From an uncultured Candidatus Actinomarinales bacterium (GTDB taxonomy: Bacteria; Actinomycetota; Acidimicrobiia; Actinomarinales; Actinomarinaceae): a stretch of 64,000 nt of DNA. Shown piece by piece: positions 10,351 through 19,789 of this stretch. A program made the position numbers and the translations under genes. The notes under the pieces are model-generated. The model was not told the origin of the DNA, searched no databases, and worked only from the letters and a program-made list of their open reading frames with translations. The DNA lies in assembly GCA_963979435.1 (NCBI GenBank), contig CAXBVE010000002.1, forward strand, positions 11,138 through 75,137. The letters are read 5' to 3'. Each line of letters opens with the position of its first letter. Positions within the stretch are counted from its first letter, which is position 1.

Positions 10351-11837
10351 GTGGCTTAATTTATACTCTTATTTTGTTTCCACTATTTGGAGCAGTGGTC
10401 ATTTTTCTAATGCCAAAAAAGAGATTTGAGCTATTTCAACCTTTAGCAATATTTCTCTCAATCATTCCATTTAGCGTGTGCTTATATTTATTTTCAAATG
10501 AGAATAGCAAGGGTTCCTACCAACAATTTGATTCTATAAACTGGATAAGTTCTTATGGAATAAAAATTAGTTTAGGTTTTTCAGGAATGTCCCATCTTCT
10601 ATTGTCTTTAACATCAATATTGGTTCTTCTATCCTTTCTTTCGGTTACAGAAAATTATTCAAAAAGTAAGGGTTTTATTGGTTCTATATTAGTTTTACAC
10701 TTTGCTGTTAACGGTGTTTTCTTGAGTGGAGATTTACTCTCTCTGTTCATATTTTTTGAGGCAATATTGATCCCTATGTATTTTTTAATGGGTATTTGGG
10801 GTGGAGACAATAGAAGATACGCAACAATTAAATTTATTATTTATACAGTTTTTGGTTCTATATTTATATTTATAGGGACTGTTTATACCGGAGTTATAAG
10901 TTACTCACAGACCGGTACATTAGCTTTAGATTATGTAACTTTATCTAATTTAAATTTTACTTCCCAACAATCTAAAGCACTTTTTCTATTATTCACATTT
11001 GGATTTTTAGTTAAAGTACCTCTTTTTCCTTTGCATACTTGGCTTCCAGATGCGCACGTCGAAGCCCCAACAGCTGGAAGTATATTATTAGCTGGAGTGT
11101 TATTAAAAGTGGGTGCATTCGGAATTTTAAGAGTATCAATACCATTTTTCACAGAAGGATTCTTAGAGTACAGAGACATAATTGCTACCTTGTCCGTCAT
11201 TGGAATCATATATGGTGCTGTTGTAGCGATTGCACAGATAGATATCAAAAAACTAATAGCATACTCATCAATTAGTCACATGGGATTTGTAATGCTTGGA
11301 ATATCCTCCGGTAATCTTTTAAGCCTTGAAGGCGCAATTATTCAAATGGTAAATCACGGATTAACATCTGGAGCGCTTTTCATGCTAGTTGGCTTTGTTT
11401 ACGAGAGACGTCACACCAGACGAATTTCTGATTTTGGAGGACTCAAAATTACAATGCCTAAATACGCTGCAATTTTTCTATTTACATCTTTTGCATCTAT
11501 TGGACTTCCCGGATTAAATGGTTTTGTAGGAGAATTTATGATTCTAATGGGAAGTTTTGGTACGTATAAATTATTATCAGCCATTTCTGCCTTCGGTGTG
11601 GTTCTTGCTGCAATTTACATGTTATGGGCATATCAAAGGATGTTTACAGGTGAAATTAATAATGAAGAAAACGAAAACTTACATGATTTAGATACTAGGG
11701 AGCTGGTTTCAGTGATACCACTTTTGGTTTTAATGCTATTTATTGGTGTATACCCAGCTTTTATTGAAAGTTATGTATTAAATGATGCACAAATAATTAC
11801 GAATGTAGTTGAATTATTTAGCGGAGGTTTAAATTGA
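10335..11837 (+). CDS. nuoM: NADH-quinone oxidoreductase subunit M (ND4)
   Basis: …TWLPDAHVEAPTAGS… antiporter-like motif; operon position. Confidence 0.93.
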   Translation: MGIKLSGLIYTLILFPLFGAVVIFLMPKKRFELFQPLAIFLSIIPFSVCLYLFSNENSKGSYQQFDSINWISSYGIKISLGFSGMSHLLLSLTSILVLLSFLSVTENYSKSKGFIGSILVLHFAVNGVFLSGDLLSLFIFFEAILIPMYFLMGIWGGDNRRYATIKFIIYTVFGSIFIFIGTVYTGVISYSQTGTLALDYVTLSNLNFTSQQSKALFLLFTFGFLVKVPLFPLHTWLPDAHVEAPTAGSILLAGVLLKVGAFGILRVSIPFFTEGFLEYRDIIATLSVIGIIYGAVVAIAQIDIKKLIAYSSISHMGFVMLGISSGNLLSLEGAIIQMVNHGLTSGALFMLVGFVYERRHTRRISDFGGLKITMPKYAAIFLFTSFASIGLPGLNGFVGEFMILMGSFGTYKLLSAISAFGVVLAAIYMLWAYQRMFTGEINNEENENLHDLDTRELVSVIPLLVLMLFIGVYPAFIESYVLNDAQIITNVVELFSGGLN

Positions 11838-13306
11838 ACACAGTCTCACAGATTATTGGTCTTAACTGGATAGTTATCGGACCAACATTGGCTTTAGTGG
11901 GAACAGCTCTGATATTGTTGTTTTGTACTATAACCATTGCCACTTCTGACAGTGTTAAAAAAGTAGTGACTATTAGCGGAATATTTATGACACTATTTGC
12001 TATATTTTTAAAATTCGGATTATTTTCAACAGCGGGTCCCTCGTCATACTTCTCAGAAAAAATTCTTCTCGACGAATTTTCACTTTTTGGTAATGTTCTA
12101 CTTGGCTTAGTTCTTTTATTAAATTTTTATCCAATTTGGAATTCCTCTTTTGAACTAAAGGACAAAACAACAGAAGCTATAATTCTCACCCTAATGAGTA
12201 CCGCAGGATTTATGCTCATGGTTGATTCTGAAAATTTCATGATGCTTTTTATAGGTCTCGAGATTGGGTCAATTAGTTTATACGCTTTAGCTGGGATCAA
12301 CAAAGGTAGTTTATTAAGTAATGAAGCCTCTCTTAAATATTTCCTCCTAGGTTCTTTAGCATCCTGTGTCTTGGTATATGGAATCTCTTTAATGTATGTA
12401 TCCCTCTCAATTACTGGAGTCTACGAAACAACTATTGCTATCTCCTTCATTGGGATTGAAAACATTCCCTTAACAACACTCGTTGGTATTTTATTACTCA
12501 TAATTGGTCTGTTATTTAAAGTAGCAGCAGCCCCTTTCCAGTCATGGGCCCCAGATGTGTACCAAGGATCACCCACAGGCTATGTAGGGTTTATGGCAGC
12601 TACAGCAAAAGTTGCATCTTTTGTTGTACTAGCAAGGCTATGTATAGTTTCTCTTGGTTTGGTAATGGATAAGTTTGAATTATTTTTCTCTGCAATAATA
12701 ATACTCTCAATTCTTATAGGCTCACTATTCGCAACTGTCCAAACGGACATGAAAAGATTGATTGCTTACAGTGGAGTAATTCAATCTGGATTTATTCTTT
12801 CAGGAATAACTTCCGGAGTAAATGGAACAAGTGCTTCATTATTTTATCTTGCTGCTTATATTGTTCAGTTAATTGGAATCTTCCTTATATTCTCAGTAAT
12901 TACTGGTGAGCTATCATCAGATTTCTCTATGGAAAATCTTTCTGGCCTGTTTATAGAAAATAAATATTTGAGTATATGCTTTAGTATTTTTATGTTAGGA
13001 CTTGCTGGACTGCCTCTAACAAGTGGATTTGTATCGAAATTTATTCTTATCACCAATCTGTGGTCATATGAAAAATATATTCTAGTTTTTGCACTGATGC
13101 TATCAACTGTTGCAGGTTTTTATTTTTACTTGAAGCCAATATGGATTGCCGCAATAGATAAACCTGAAAACAGCGTTCCACCGATTCAATTGAAATTGAA
13201 TGATAAAATTTCCGTTGGTGTACTTGCTGGCTTAACCATTACATTAGGATTGTTTCCAAATATCCTCATAAACATTTCCCGATGGGTAGTTCAAAATTAC
13301 CTCTAA
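11834..13306 (+). CDS. nuoN: NADH-quinone oxidoreductase subunit N (ND2)
   Basis: TTG start overlapping the nuoM stop (aTTGAac) after a GGAGG Shine-Dalgarno; …SWAPDVYQGSPT… motif. Confidence 0.9.
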   Translation: MNTVSQIIGLNWIVIGPTLALVGTALILLFCTITIATSDSVKKVVTISGIFMTLFAIFLKFGLFSTAGPSSYFSEKILLDEFSLFGNVLLGLVLLLNFYPIWNSSFELKDKTTEAIILTLMSTAGFMLMVDSENFMMLFIGLEIGSISLYALAGINKGSLLSNEASLKYFLLGSLASCVLVYGISLMYVSLSITGVYETTIAISFIGIENIPLTTLVGILLLIIGLLFKVAAAPFQSWAPDVYQGSPTGYVGFMAATAKVASFVVLARLCIVSLGLVMDKFELFFSAIIILSILIGSLFATVQTDMKRLIAYSGVIQSGFILSGITSGVNGTSASLFYLAAYIVQLIGIFLIFSVITGELSSDFSMENLSGLFIENKYLSICFSIFMLGLAGLPLTSGFVSKFILITNLWSYEKYILVFALMLSTVAGFYFYLKPIWIAAIDKPENSVPPIQLKLNDKISVGVLAGLTITLGLFPNILINISRWVVQNYL

Positions 13307-13323
13307 TGTTAGTAAAAATAATA

Positions 13324-13357
13324 CCACCCCCAAACTTTCATCATCAAGGGGGTTGGG
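13324..13357 (+). terminator. Putative rho-independent terminator after nuoN
   Basis: CCACCCCC…loop…GGGGGTTGG inverted repeat 18 nt past the nuoN stop, followed by a T-rich tract. Confidence 0.5.
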
Positions 13358-13504
13358 ATGAGCTTCTTTTCTTTTTAGTTCCAGCTTTGCTTTTAACTTG
13401 GTTAAGAAATAAACAAAAGAATGAAAATTCAGAAGAATAATTTCAATCGTTTGAAATCCTAGTTATTTTATAACTAGCTATTTAATTATGTATAAAATAA
13501 TCTT

Positions 13505-14218
13505 ATGATTGAAATTAAAAATCTCACAATGAGATACAAAAATGGAAAAGGTGTAGGAGATATAAATATCTCTGTTGATAATGGTGAGGTTAAAGGGCTT
13601 CTAGGTCCTAATGGGGCTGGAAAATCTACAACAATGAGAAGTCTTATGGGTTTCTTAATTCCCTCAGAAGGATCTCTTTCAGTTGAGGAAATAAATACAA
13701 TTGAAAATCCTGTTGAAGCAAAGAAAATAATAGGATATTTACCTGGAGATCCTCAACTTCCACAAAATTTAAATTCTAAATCCTTATTTAAACTTGGCGC
13801 TGATATGAGAGGTCAATCAACTGATTATGCAATGGAATTAGCAGAAAAGTTCGAATTGGAAGTTGATCAAACTATTAAAGAATTATCAAAAGGTAACAGA
13901 CAAAAAGTAGCATTGATACTAGCAGTACTTCACAAGCCAAAGGCATTAATTTTAGACGAGCCAACTTCAGGGTTAGACCCTTTTCATCAAAGAACTTTTT
14001 TTGAAATTATTAAAGAATTTGCAAACAATGGTGCTGCAATACTTTTATCATCACATATTATTTCTGAGGTTGAAAAAGTTGCAGATTCAATGGCCGTATT
14101 ACGAGATGGTGCAAAAGTATATGATGAATCTTATGAGACGTTTTCAAGCAAGGCTGCAGAACAGGGTGAAGATTTAGAAGATGCCTTTTTTAAATTTTAT
14201 GACAAGAGAGAGGGTTAA
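13505..14218 (+). CDS. ABC transporter ATP-binding protein (ABC-2 exporter type)
   Basis: Walker A GPNGAGKST, signature LSKGNRQKV, Walker B ILDEPTSGLD. Confidence 0.9.
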   Translation: MIEIKNLTMRYKNGKGVGDINISVDNGEVKGLLGPNGAGKSTTMRSLMGFLIPSEGSLSVEEINTIENPVEAKKIIGYLPGDPQLPQNLNSKSLFKLGADMRGQSTDYAMELAEKFELEVDQTIKELSKGNRQKVALILAVLHKPKALILDEPTSGLDPFHQRTFFEIIKEFANNGAAILLSSHIISEVEKVADSMAVLRDGAKVYDESYETFSSKAAEQGEDLEDAFFKFYDKREG

Positions 14219-15042
14219 TGTTTAATTACTTGAAATATATGGTGACAGTCCCAAGAAAATTTATTCTAAACTGGGTAATTGCTCCTGGATTGTATTTATT
14301 GATTCTTCCACTAGCTTTTGCAAACTCAAGTGTAGAGGGTTTACTTATTGATACTCAACGAGAAGCTTTTAGGGGTATGTCTGAAAATGAAACGATGATG
14401 AACTTACTAGGAATTTCAGATTGGGATAACGTTTTTACCTTAGAAGGAATGGTAACAACTTATTTTATGATTCCTTTTGTGCCTATTTTAATTGGAATAG
14501 CTACAATAATTCTTTTAAACAAACTTGGATCAAAAGCCGAGGAAGACGGCACTTTCGAATTTGTTGCGGCTTTACCAATGACTCGCACAACAGTTTATCT
14601 TACACAATCACTGTTAGCTGTGTTTTTTGGTTTGTTTGTATGCTTTGCATGGACAAATATAATGTTTATTCCAATTGCAACCATGGAACTTAGTCAAACA
14701 CTTGATTACATTCCTCTTATGAAAGCAACACTACAGGGAGCTTTAGCTGGGGTAAGTTTTGGCGTTTTAGGCTTTGCCCTTGGAGCATATACTGGTAAAT
14801 CATCAATGGCATGGGCTTTTGGTGGCGGTCTTATGGCAATTGAATATCTAGCAAATTCATTAAAAGGCACAAATGACTTCTTTTTGTGGATCGATGACAA
14901 TATCTCTTCCTTTGGTGCTTATGGTAATCCTTATCAAGATGGTTTAATTGGAGGGGATGTACTTCTTGTAGTAGGAAAGATAGTATTATTTTTGGCTATC
15001 GGTTTTATAGGATTTAGAAATAGATCACTAAATCTAAGATAG
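14218..15042 (+). CDS. ABC-2 family transporter permease
   Basis: Six-TM hydrophobic protein translationally coupled to the ATPase (ATGTTTAA overlap). Confidence 0.75.
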   Translation: MFNYLKYMVTVPRKFILNWVIAPGLYLLILPLAFANSSVEGLLIDTQREAFRGMSENETMMNLLGISDWDNVFTLEGMVTTYFMIPFVPILIGIATIILLNKLGSKAEEDGTFEFVAALPMTRTTVYLTQSLLAVFFGLFVCFAWTNIMFIPIATMELSQTLDYIPLMKATLQGALAGVSFGVLGFALGAYTGKSSMAWAFGGGLMAIEYLANSLKGTNDFFLWIDDNISSFGAYGNPYQDGLIGGDVLLVVGKIVLFLAIGFIGFRNRSLNLR

Positions 15043-15085
15043 TTTTTGATTTAGTAAAGATTCTATTTTCCCTTACAATTAAATC

Positions 15086-15514
15086 ATGCCAACGTACTCA
15101 AAAACAATAACTGTTAAAGAAGATATACAAACATGTTTTGATTTTGTGGCAGATTTTAGAAATTTAAACAAATGGAATCCCCATGATGAAGCTGAGTTAA
15201 TTACTAAAGAACCACTTCGTGAAGGAAGTATTTTTAAAGTAAATACTGTTTTCAACAATAGAACTATGTTGCTTAAATATGAAATCATTGAGTGGGGGGA
15301 GCCACTAAGAGCATCATTAAAGACTGAGACAAAAGGGTTTGAAATTATTGATACCTTATTCTTTTCAGCAACTTCAAAAGGGACTGAAATAACTTACTCA
15401 GTCAATATAAAATATAAGGGTTTATACATAATCCTTGGATTATTTTTAGGAAGAGTATTTAAAAAACTTATGGATAATATTTACAACCTTGAAGAAATCC
15501 TTGGAACGCCGTAA
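15086..15514 (+). CDS. SRPBCC-superfamily protein (polyketide cyclase/CoxG-like fold)
   Basis: 142 aa; N-terminal …CFDFVADFRNLNKWNP… resembles SRPBCC ligand-binding proteins. Confidence 0.55.
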   Translation: MPTYSKTITVKEDIQTCFDFVADFRNLNKWNPHDEAELITKEPLREGSIFKVNTVFNNRTMLLKYEIIEWGEPLRASLKTETKGFEIIDTLFFSATSKGTEITYSVNIKYKGLYIILGLFLGRVFKKLMDNIYNLEEILGTP

Positions 15515-16040
15515 TTTAGTATGGCTATGTCTTGTTTTCCTATTAATTATGGGATGTCAATCTAGTGAAAGTTCGCCAATGATCTCTTCAGAAGGAATAT
15601 TTCCATCTGTACAGGGAAATAACTTGAATAAAAAAAGTAAAACTGTTCCAGACGATTTTGTCGACAAAGATTTAATAGTCATTGTAGCTTTTCAACAATG
15701 GCACCAAGCAATTGTTGATGAAACTATAGATTCTTTGGAGGAAAGTGGTATTGGAGATACTCATAATATAATAGAAGTACCAACAATTCAAAAATCATCC
15801 AAATTAAGTGAAATCTATCTCGATGGAATAATGAGAGCAGGAATCAGAGATGATAGAATCAGAAATAGAACGATAACTGCTTACATAAACAAAGAAGAGT
15901 TCAAAAATGCATTAAACATTCCAGATGAACAAACTATATATTGGTATCTGATTAAAAAGGGAACTAATGAGATTCAAAAAAAGGGATATGGAGTTATTTC
16001 CAAAGAAGAGATAACAGATATAAAGAGTTTAAGTAGCTAA
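15489..16040 (+). CDS. Hypothetical lipoprotein
   Basis: TTG start, signal peptide with lipobox LLIMGC; no recognisable catalytic motif. Confidence 0.55.
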   Translation: MKKSLERRNLVWLCLVFLLIMGCQSSESSPMISSEGIFPSVQGNNLNKKSKTVPDDFVDKDLIVIVAFQQWHQAIVDETIDSLEESGIGDTHNIIEVPTIQKSSKLSEIYLDGIMRAGIRDDRIRNRTITAYINKEEFKNALNIPDEQTIYWYLIKKGTNEIQKKGYGVISKEEITDIKSLSS

Positions 16041-16076
16041 AGACTTCAGTTTCGAAATTATTCTAAATTTATGGGT

Positions 16077-16472
16077 TTATATGTAGCTTATTGATAAGTA
16101 AAGCACAATTAAGCCAAGCAATAACATAGCACCGTTAATCATACCCTTTATAGCTGAACTCAAATTTGGGACATAGCTATGAAAAAATATTATTAACCCA
16201 GCTAAAACTAATAAGCCAAGTGACAAAGCCCAGTTAGAAGAAGACTCTTCAGATAATATTAATATGCCAATTCCAGAAATTAAGGCAAGTCCGAAGGAGC
16301 TCCATGAAAGCTTAGTAAATATTTCACGTAAAGTATTCGTAGTATTTTTAGTCGGATCGATTGTTGAAAGCTTAGGAGCAAACATGGCCCAAGTCACCAT
16401 AGAACCAAGCCAAATTGCAAGACCTAATATATGTGAAAAATTTAAAATGTTGATCATATATCTATCATACAA
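16077..16472 (-). CDS. Hypothetical 4-TM membrane protein
   Basis: 131 aa, four hydrophobic helices, convergent with the upstream lipoprotein gene. Confidence 0.5.
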   Translation of the reverse strand: MYDRYMINILNFSHILGLAIWLGSMVTWAMFAPKLSTIDPTKNTTNTLREIFTKLSWSSFGLALISGIGILILSEESSSNWALSLGLLVLAGLIIFFHSYVPNLSSAIKGMINGAMLLLGLIVLYLSISYI

Positions 16473-16510
16473 AAAGAAAAAAGATATCTATAAATGACTA
16501 TTATAAAATC

Positions 16511-17113
16511 ATGGCAAAATTTTATTTTTACTACGCAGCAATGAATGCTGGAAAAAGTACGAACCTCCTACAATCAGCGCACAACTATGAGGAGCGCTAC
16601 ATGAAAACAATTATTTTTACTCCAAAACTTGATGATAGATATGGCGTTGGAAAGGTAGCTTCAAGAATTGGCTTAGATAGAGAAGCTGAAATATTTGAAG
16701 GTGAGGATGATTTATATGTTTGGACCGCTCACGAACACCAAAGAGAAAAATTATCATGTGTTTTAGTTGATGAAGCACAATTTCTTTCACCAAAACAAGT
16801 GCTCCAATTAACCCTTATTGTTGATAAGTTGAAAATTCCGGTTTTATGTTATGGATTAAGAACAGATTTTAGAGGTGAGCCTTTTCCAGGTAGCGTATAT
16901 CTCATGGCCTGGGCTGATGAGCTAGTAGAACTTAAAACAATTTGTAAGTCGGGTAAAAAGGCTACTTTTAATGCAAGGTTAGATGAAGATGGAAATAGAG
17001 TTACAGAGGGAGATCAGGTATCTATCGGATTGAACTATGAGGCTCAAGCTCGAGATATTTTCGAATTAGATAAAGTTTCTCCAATAGATTATAAAATTCC
17101 TGAAGCTAATTAG
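16511..17113 (+). CDS. tdk: Thymidine kinase
   Basis: N-terminal P-loop [19 protein letters not shown] motif and C-terminal zinc-ribbon Cys. Confidence 0.88.
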   Translation: MAKFYFYYAAMNAGKSTNLLQSAHNYEERYMKTIIFTPKLDDRYGVGKVASRIGLDREAEIFEGEDDLYVWTAHEHQREKLSCVLVDEAQFLSPKQVLQLTLIVDKLKIPVLCYGLRTDFRGEPFPGSVYLMAWADELVELKTICKSGKKATFNARLDEDGNRVTEGDQVSIGLNYEAQARDIFELDKVSPIDYKIPEAN

Positions 17114-17588
17114 AATTTTTTACTGGTGGTTCTGGCCTAGTTGCAAGCCACGTACATAAGGCTATTCCAAAGAATCCAAATATCAAATCTCCAATCATTG
17201 AAAATGCAATAAAAATTGTAAAAGCAAAAGTTGGAATGAGAGTCAAAATAGCAACTTTCTTTGCTCTTCTAGATAGACCTCTGTATTGCTGCCAATTTAA
17301 TACCATTGGACCAAATAATCTGTGATTTTCTATCCAGTAAGTAAATTTTGTTGAACATTTTGAAAAAGCCCATGCAGCAATCAAGATAAATACTGTTGTT
17401 GGTAATCCTGGTACAACAATGCCTACGTAACCTAAAGATAATGACAAAATTCCAATTGTAAAAAATACAGGCTTATGAATTTTTAGAAATAAGTTTGGAA
17501 AAAACTTATAAAGAATAACAAAAAATAAGATAAAACCGCCAACATAGGAAAATGTTTCGTATGGTATATTTTTAATTAAACTTTCCAT
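17106..17588 (-). CDS. YbaN/DUF454-family inner membrane protein
   Basis: 160 aa, ~4-TM; size and topology are typical of the DUF454/YbaN family (by-eye call). Confidence 0.6.
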   Translation of the reverse strand: MESLIKNIPYETFSYVGGFILFFVILYKFFPNLFLKIHKPVFFTIGILSLSLGYVGIVVPGLPTTVFILIAAWAFSKCSTKFTYWIENHRLFGPMVLNWQQYRGLSRRAKKVAILTLIPTFAFTIFIAFSMIGDLIFGFFGIALCTWLATRPEPPVKNSN

Positions 17589-17623
17589 ATGTATATTATA
17601 ATTTCTTCATTTCTAATCATAAA

Positions 17624-18301
17624 TTAGTTCACAAAAACTCTTTCAGCTATATATTGGTCTAAACCAAAAAACTTTTTGTTATCAGTACTTACAGTAATTG
17701 AGAATTCATTTGCATCAGCAATAATAATTTTTGAACCTGGGACTATTTTATTTTCTTGTAAAAAACTAATCATGGAAGCATCTCTTTTTAATTCTTCCGT
17801 TATTTTATTAATTGAATAATTTCTGTCCTTTTGTACATTCAAAAGATTTGTAGTTTCTAGTTTCTTGTATTGAGAGTAGGGTATAGGATTCCCAAAAAGT
17901 CCAGTAGTTGGATTGCCGAGTATAGAAAGCATTGCTTTTTCAGTAACTGGACTAAGTATATTCTCCCATTTAGAAGTCTCCGCATAAACTTTTTCCCATG
18001 GGAGTTTTAATACTTCTGATAGAAATCTTTCAACAATTCTATGTCTCCTGGCAACAGTTTTGGCTAAATATAAACCCTTATCTGTAAGTTGAAGATCGTC
18101 CTCGAATTTTATTAGGCCACTATTTTGCATTCTTCCTGTAATTTGCGAAACATTAGCTCTACTGACATCAAGCCACTCAGCAACTCTTGTCTGCTTAACT
18201 TCAATACCCACTTCATTAAGATGAAAAATTGCAACTGCTTGTTTATAAAAAGATTCCGGAAGTTTTTCCATTTCTTTTTGAGTGAGCATATGTTTAATCA
18301 T
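17624..18301 (-). CDS. DtxR/IdeR-family metal-dependent transcriptional repressor (HTH + SH3-like C-domain)
   Basis: …VSRANVSQITGRM… HTH, RRHRIVERFL dimerisation helix, FGNPIP linker and C-terminal FeoA/SH3-like domain; 225 aa. Confidence 0.85.
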   Translation of the reverse strand: MIKHMLTQKEMEKLPESFYKQAVAIFHLNEVGIEVKQTRVAEWLDVSRANVSQITGRMQNSGLIKFEDDLQLTDKGLYLAKTVARRHRIVERFLSEVLKLPWEKVYAETSKWENILSPVTEKAMLSILGNPTTGLFGNPIPYSQYKKLETTNLLNVQKDRNYSINKITEELKRDASMISFLQENKIVPGSKIIIADANEFSITVSTDNKKFFGLDQYIAERVFVN

Positions 18302-18346
18302 CTTAGGTGTATGTTAACAACAATTAACAATCAATGAACTTTAAAA

Positions 18347-18442
18347 TTAAAATAGGGGACAGCCAACAACAGCAGTGAGTGCAATAAATAAAACCCACGC
18401 TAGTGGTTCATACTTTGTTATGATTTTAGGATTTTTTTCCAT
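18347..18442 (-). CDS. Candidate 31-aa single-TM small protein (MEKNPKIITKYEPLAWVLFIALTAVVGCPLF)
   Basis: ATG-to-TAA ORF in a locally GC-richer patch 45 nt upstream of the DtxR-like gene on the same strand; absent from the ORF track (below its size cutoff). Confidence 0.3.
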   Translation of the reverse strand: MEKNPKIITKYEPLAWVLFIALTAVVGCPLF

Positions 18443-18513
18443 GTTTAAATGAAACTACTCAAACAGTTAACCTAATTGAGAATTTAGTAAAAAAAATTAT
18501 AAAATAATTTTAC

Positions 18514-18530
18514 TTAACATTTAATGTTAA
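18514..18530. promoter_or_regulatory. Perfect 8-1-8 palindrome TTAACATT-T-AATGTTAA; candidate DtxR-family operator in the divergent promoter
   Basis: Exact inverted repeat ~42 nt upstream of the corrected start of the Fe3+-binding protein gene; GTTAAC half-site palindromes also recur at 18313-18318, 18466-18471 and 18536-18541. Confidence 0.55.
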
Positions 18531-18571
18531 GTATGGTTAACAATAATAAGCAAATAAAAGGATTATATTTT

Positions 18572-19684
18572 ATGAATAAGAAATCAATTTCCCTTCTTGT
18601 TGCTTTCTTAATGGTATTTACTGCATGTGCAGGTGGAGAATCCGGAGAAGCAGGCCCTCAAGGAGAACAAGGTGAAAAGGGTGAGGCTGGCGAAATAAGC
18701 CAAGCTGCTTTGGATGCTGCAGTAGAAGCTGCTTTAGCTGAAGAAGAAGCTGCAGTCGAAGGATCTCTAGTTATTTATAGTGGTAGAAAAGAAAGCTTAG
18801 TCGCTGACGTCATAGCTGCATTCGCAGCTGAGACTGGAGTAGCCGTTGAAGTTCGTTATGACAAGAGTGCTGCGTTAGCAGGTACTTTAGTTCTTGAGGG
18901 TGCAATAAGCCCAGCTGACGTTTTCTTATCACAAGATCCAATAAGTCTTGGTGTTGTAGCCAAGGAAGGACTTTTTGATGTCTTACCAGCTGACATATTA
19001 GACAACGTTCCAGCATGGGCAGTAGACCAAAGAGGATACTGGGTTGGAACTTCTGGAAGATCACGTTCACTTGTTGTTGACACCAGAGATACAACTGATG
19101 CAGAAATGCCTTCAGATATTTATGGTTTAAATGATGAAAAATTTAGAGGAAGACTTGGTCTTGCACCTGGTAACTCATCTTTCATAGCTATGGTTGCTTG
19201 CATGATTGAGTTAGATGGTGAAGAAAAAGTCGCCGAATGGTTAAAAGCTATCAATGGTCTTGGATATACAGAATATCCAAAGAACTCCCCTCAAGTTGCT
19301 GCGGCAGATGCAGGTGAGTTAGACATTGGAATGATTAATCACTACTACACATTAAGAGTATTAGCTGAAAATGGCGATAGCCCAGTTAAAAACATATATC
19401 TTGATGGCGGTTGTGGTGCAATGGTCATGCCAGCTGGAGCAGGAGTTTTATCTTCTAGCCAAAATAAACCAGCAGCTATGGCATTTATTGAGTATCTACA
19501 CTCAACAAGCGCACAAGAGCATTTCACAAATACTGTATTTGAGTTCCCACTCGTTCCAGGTATTACCCCAAATGCCCTTTTACCGGAAATCGATAGTTTG
19601 AACTCTCCTCAGGATTTGAACTGGTCTGCATTAGCTTTATGGCAAGAAAAAGCAGTAGAACTTATAGCAAAGGCAGGTTTCTAA
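18572..19684 (+). CDS. Fe3+ ABC transporter substrate-binding lipoprotein (FbpA/AfuA family)
   Basis: Start moved to the internal ATG preceded by AAAGGA; lipobox FTAC; …GTSGRSRSLVVDT… and …INHYYTL… match FbpA hallmark segments. Confidence 0.85.
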   Translation: MNKKSISLLVAFLMVFTACAGGESGEAGPQGEQGEKGEAGEISQAALDAAVEAALAEEEAAVEGSLVIYSGRKESLVADVIAAFAAETGVAVEVRYDKSAALAGTLVLEGAISPADVFLSQDPISLGVVAKEGLFDVLPADILDNVPAWAVDQRGYWVGTSGRSRSLVVDTRDTTDAEMPSDIYGLNDEKFRGRLGLAPGNSSFIAMVACMIELDGEEKVAEWLKAINGLGYTEYPKNSPQVAAADAGELDIGMINHYYTLRVLAENGDSPVKNIYLDGGCGAMVMPAGAGVLSSSQNKPAAMAFIEYLHSTSAQEHFTNTVFEFPLVPGITPNALLPEIDSLNSPQDLNWSALALWQEKAVELIAKAGF

Positions 19685-19713
19685 GAGTCATTAGATACTA
19701 ATGCTATATACAA

Positions 19714-19756
19714 AAGAAAAAAATCTGGTCACATCAACCTGGCCAGATTTTTTCTT
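19714..19756 (+). terminator. Intra-operon hairpin (A-tract/stem/T-tract), putative attenuator between the binding-protein and permease genes
   Basis: AAAAAATCTGG…CCAGATTTTTT inverted repeat 30 nt after the binding-protein stop. Confidence 0.45.
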
Positions 19757-19789
19757 TATATAACTCGTTAACATAGATATTCTTAAACT

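Noticed and set aside
18125-18337. 70-aa plus-strand ORF
   Set aside because: Mostly antisense to the 5' end of the DtxR-family gene; the minus-strand 31-codon ORF and the palindrome array are better explanations for this region.
18302-18571. Classical IdeR/DtxR iron box (TTAGGTTAGGCTAACCTAA)
   Set aside because: Not present; a different palindrome family (TGTTAACA / TTAACATT-T-AATGTTAA) was found instead.
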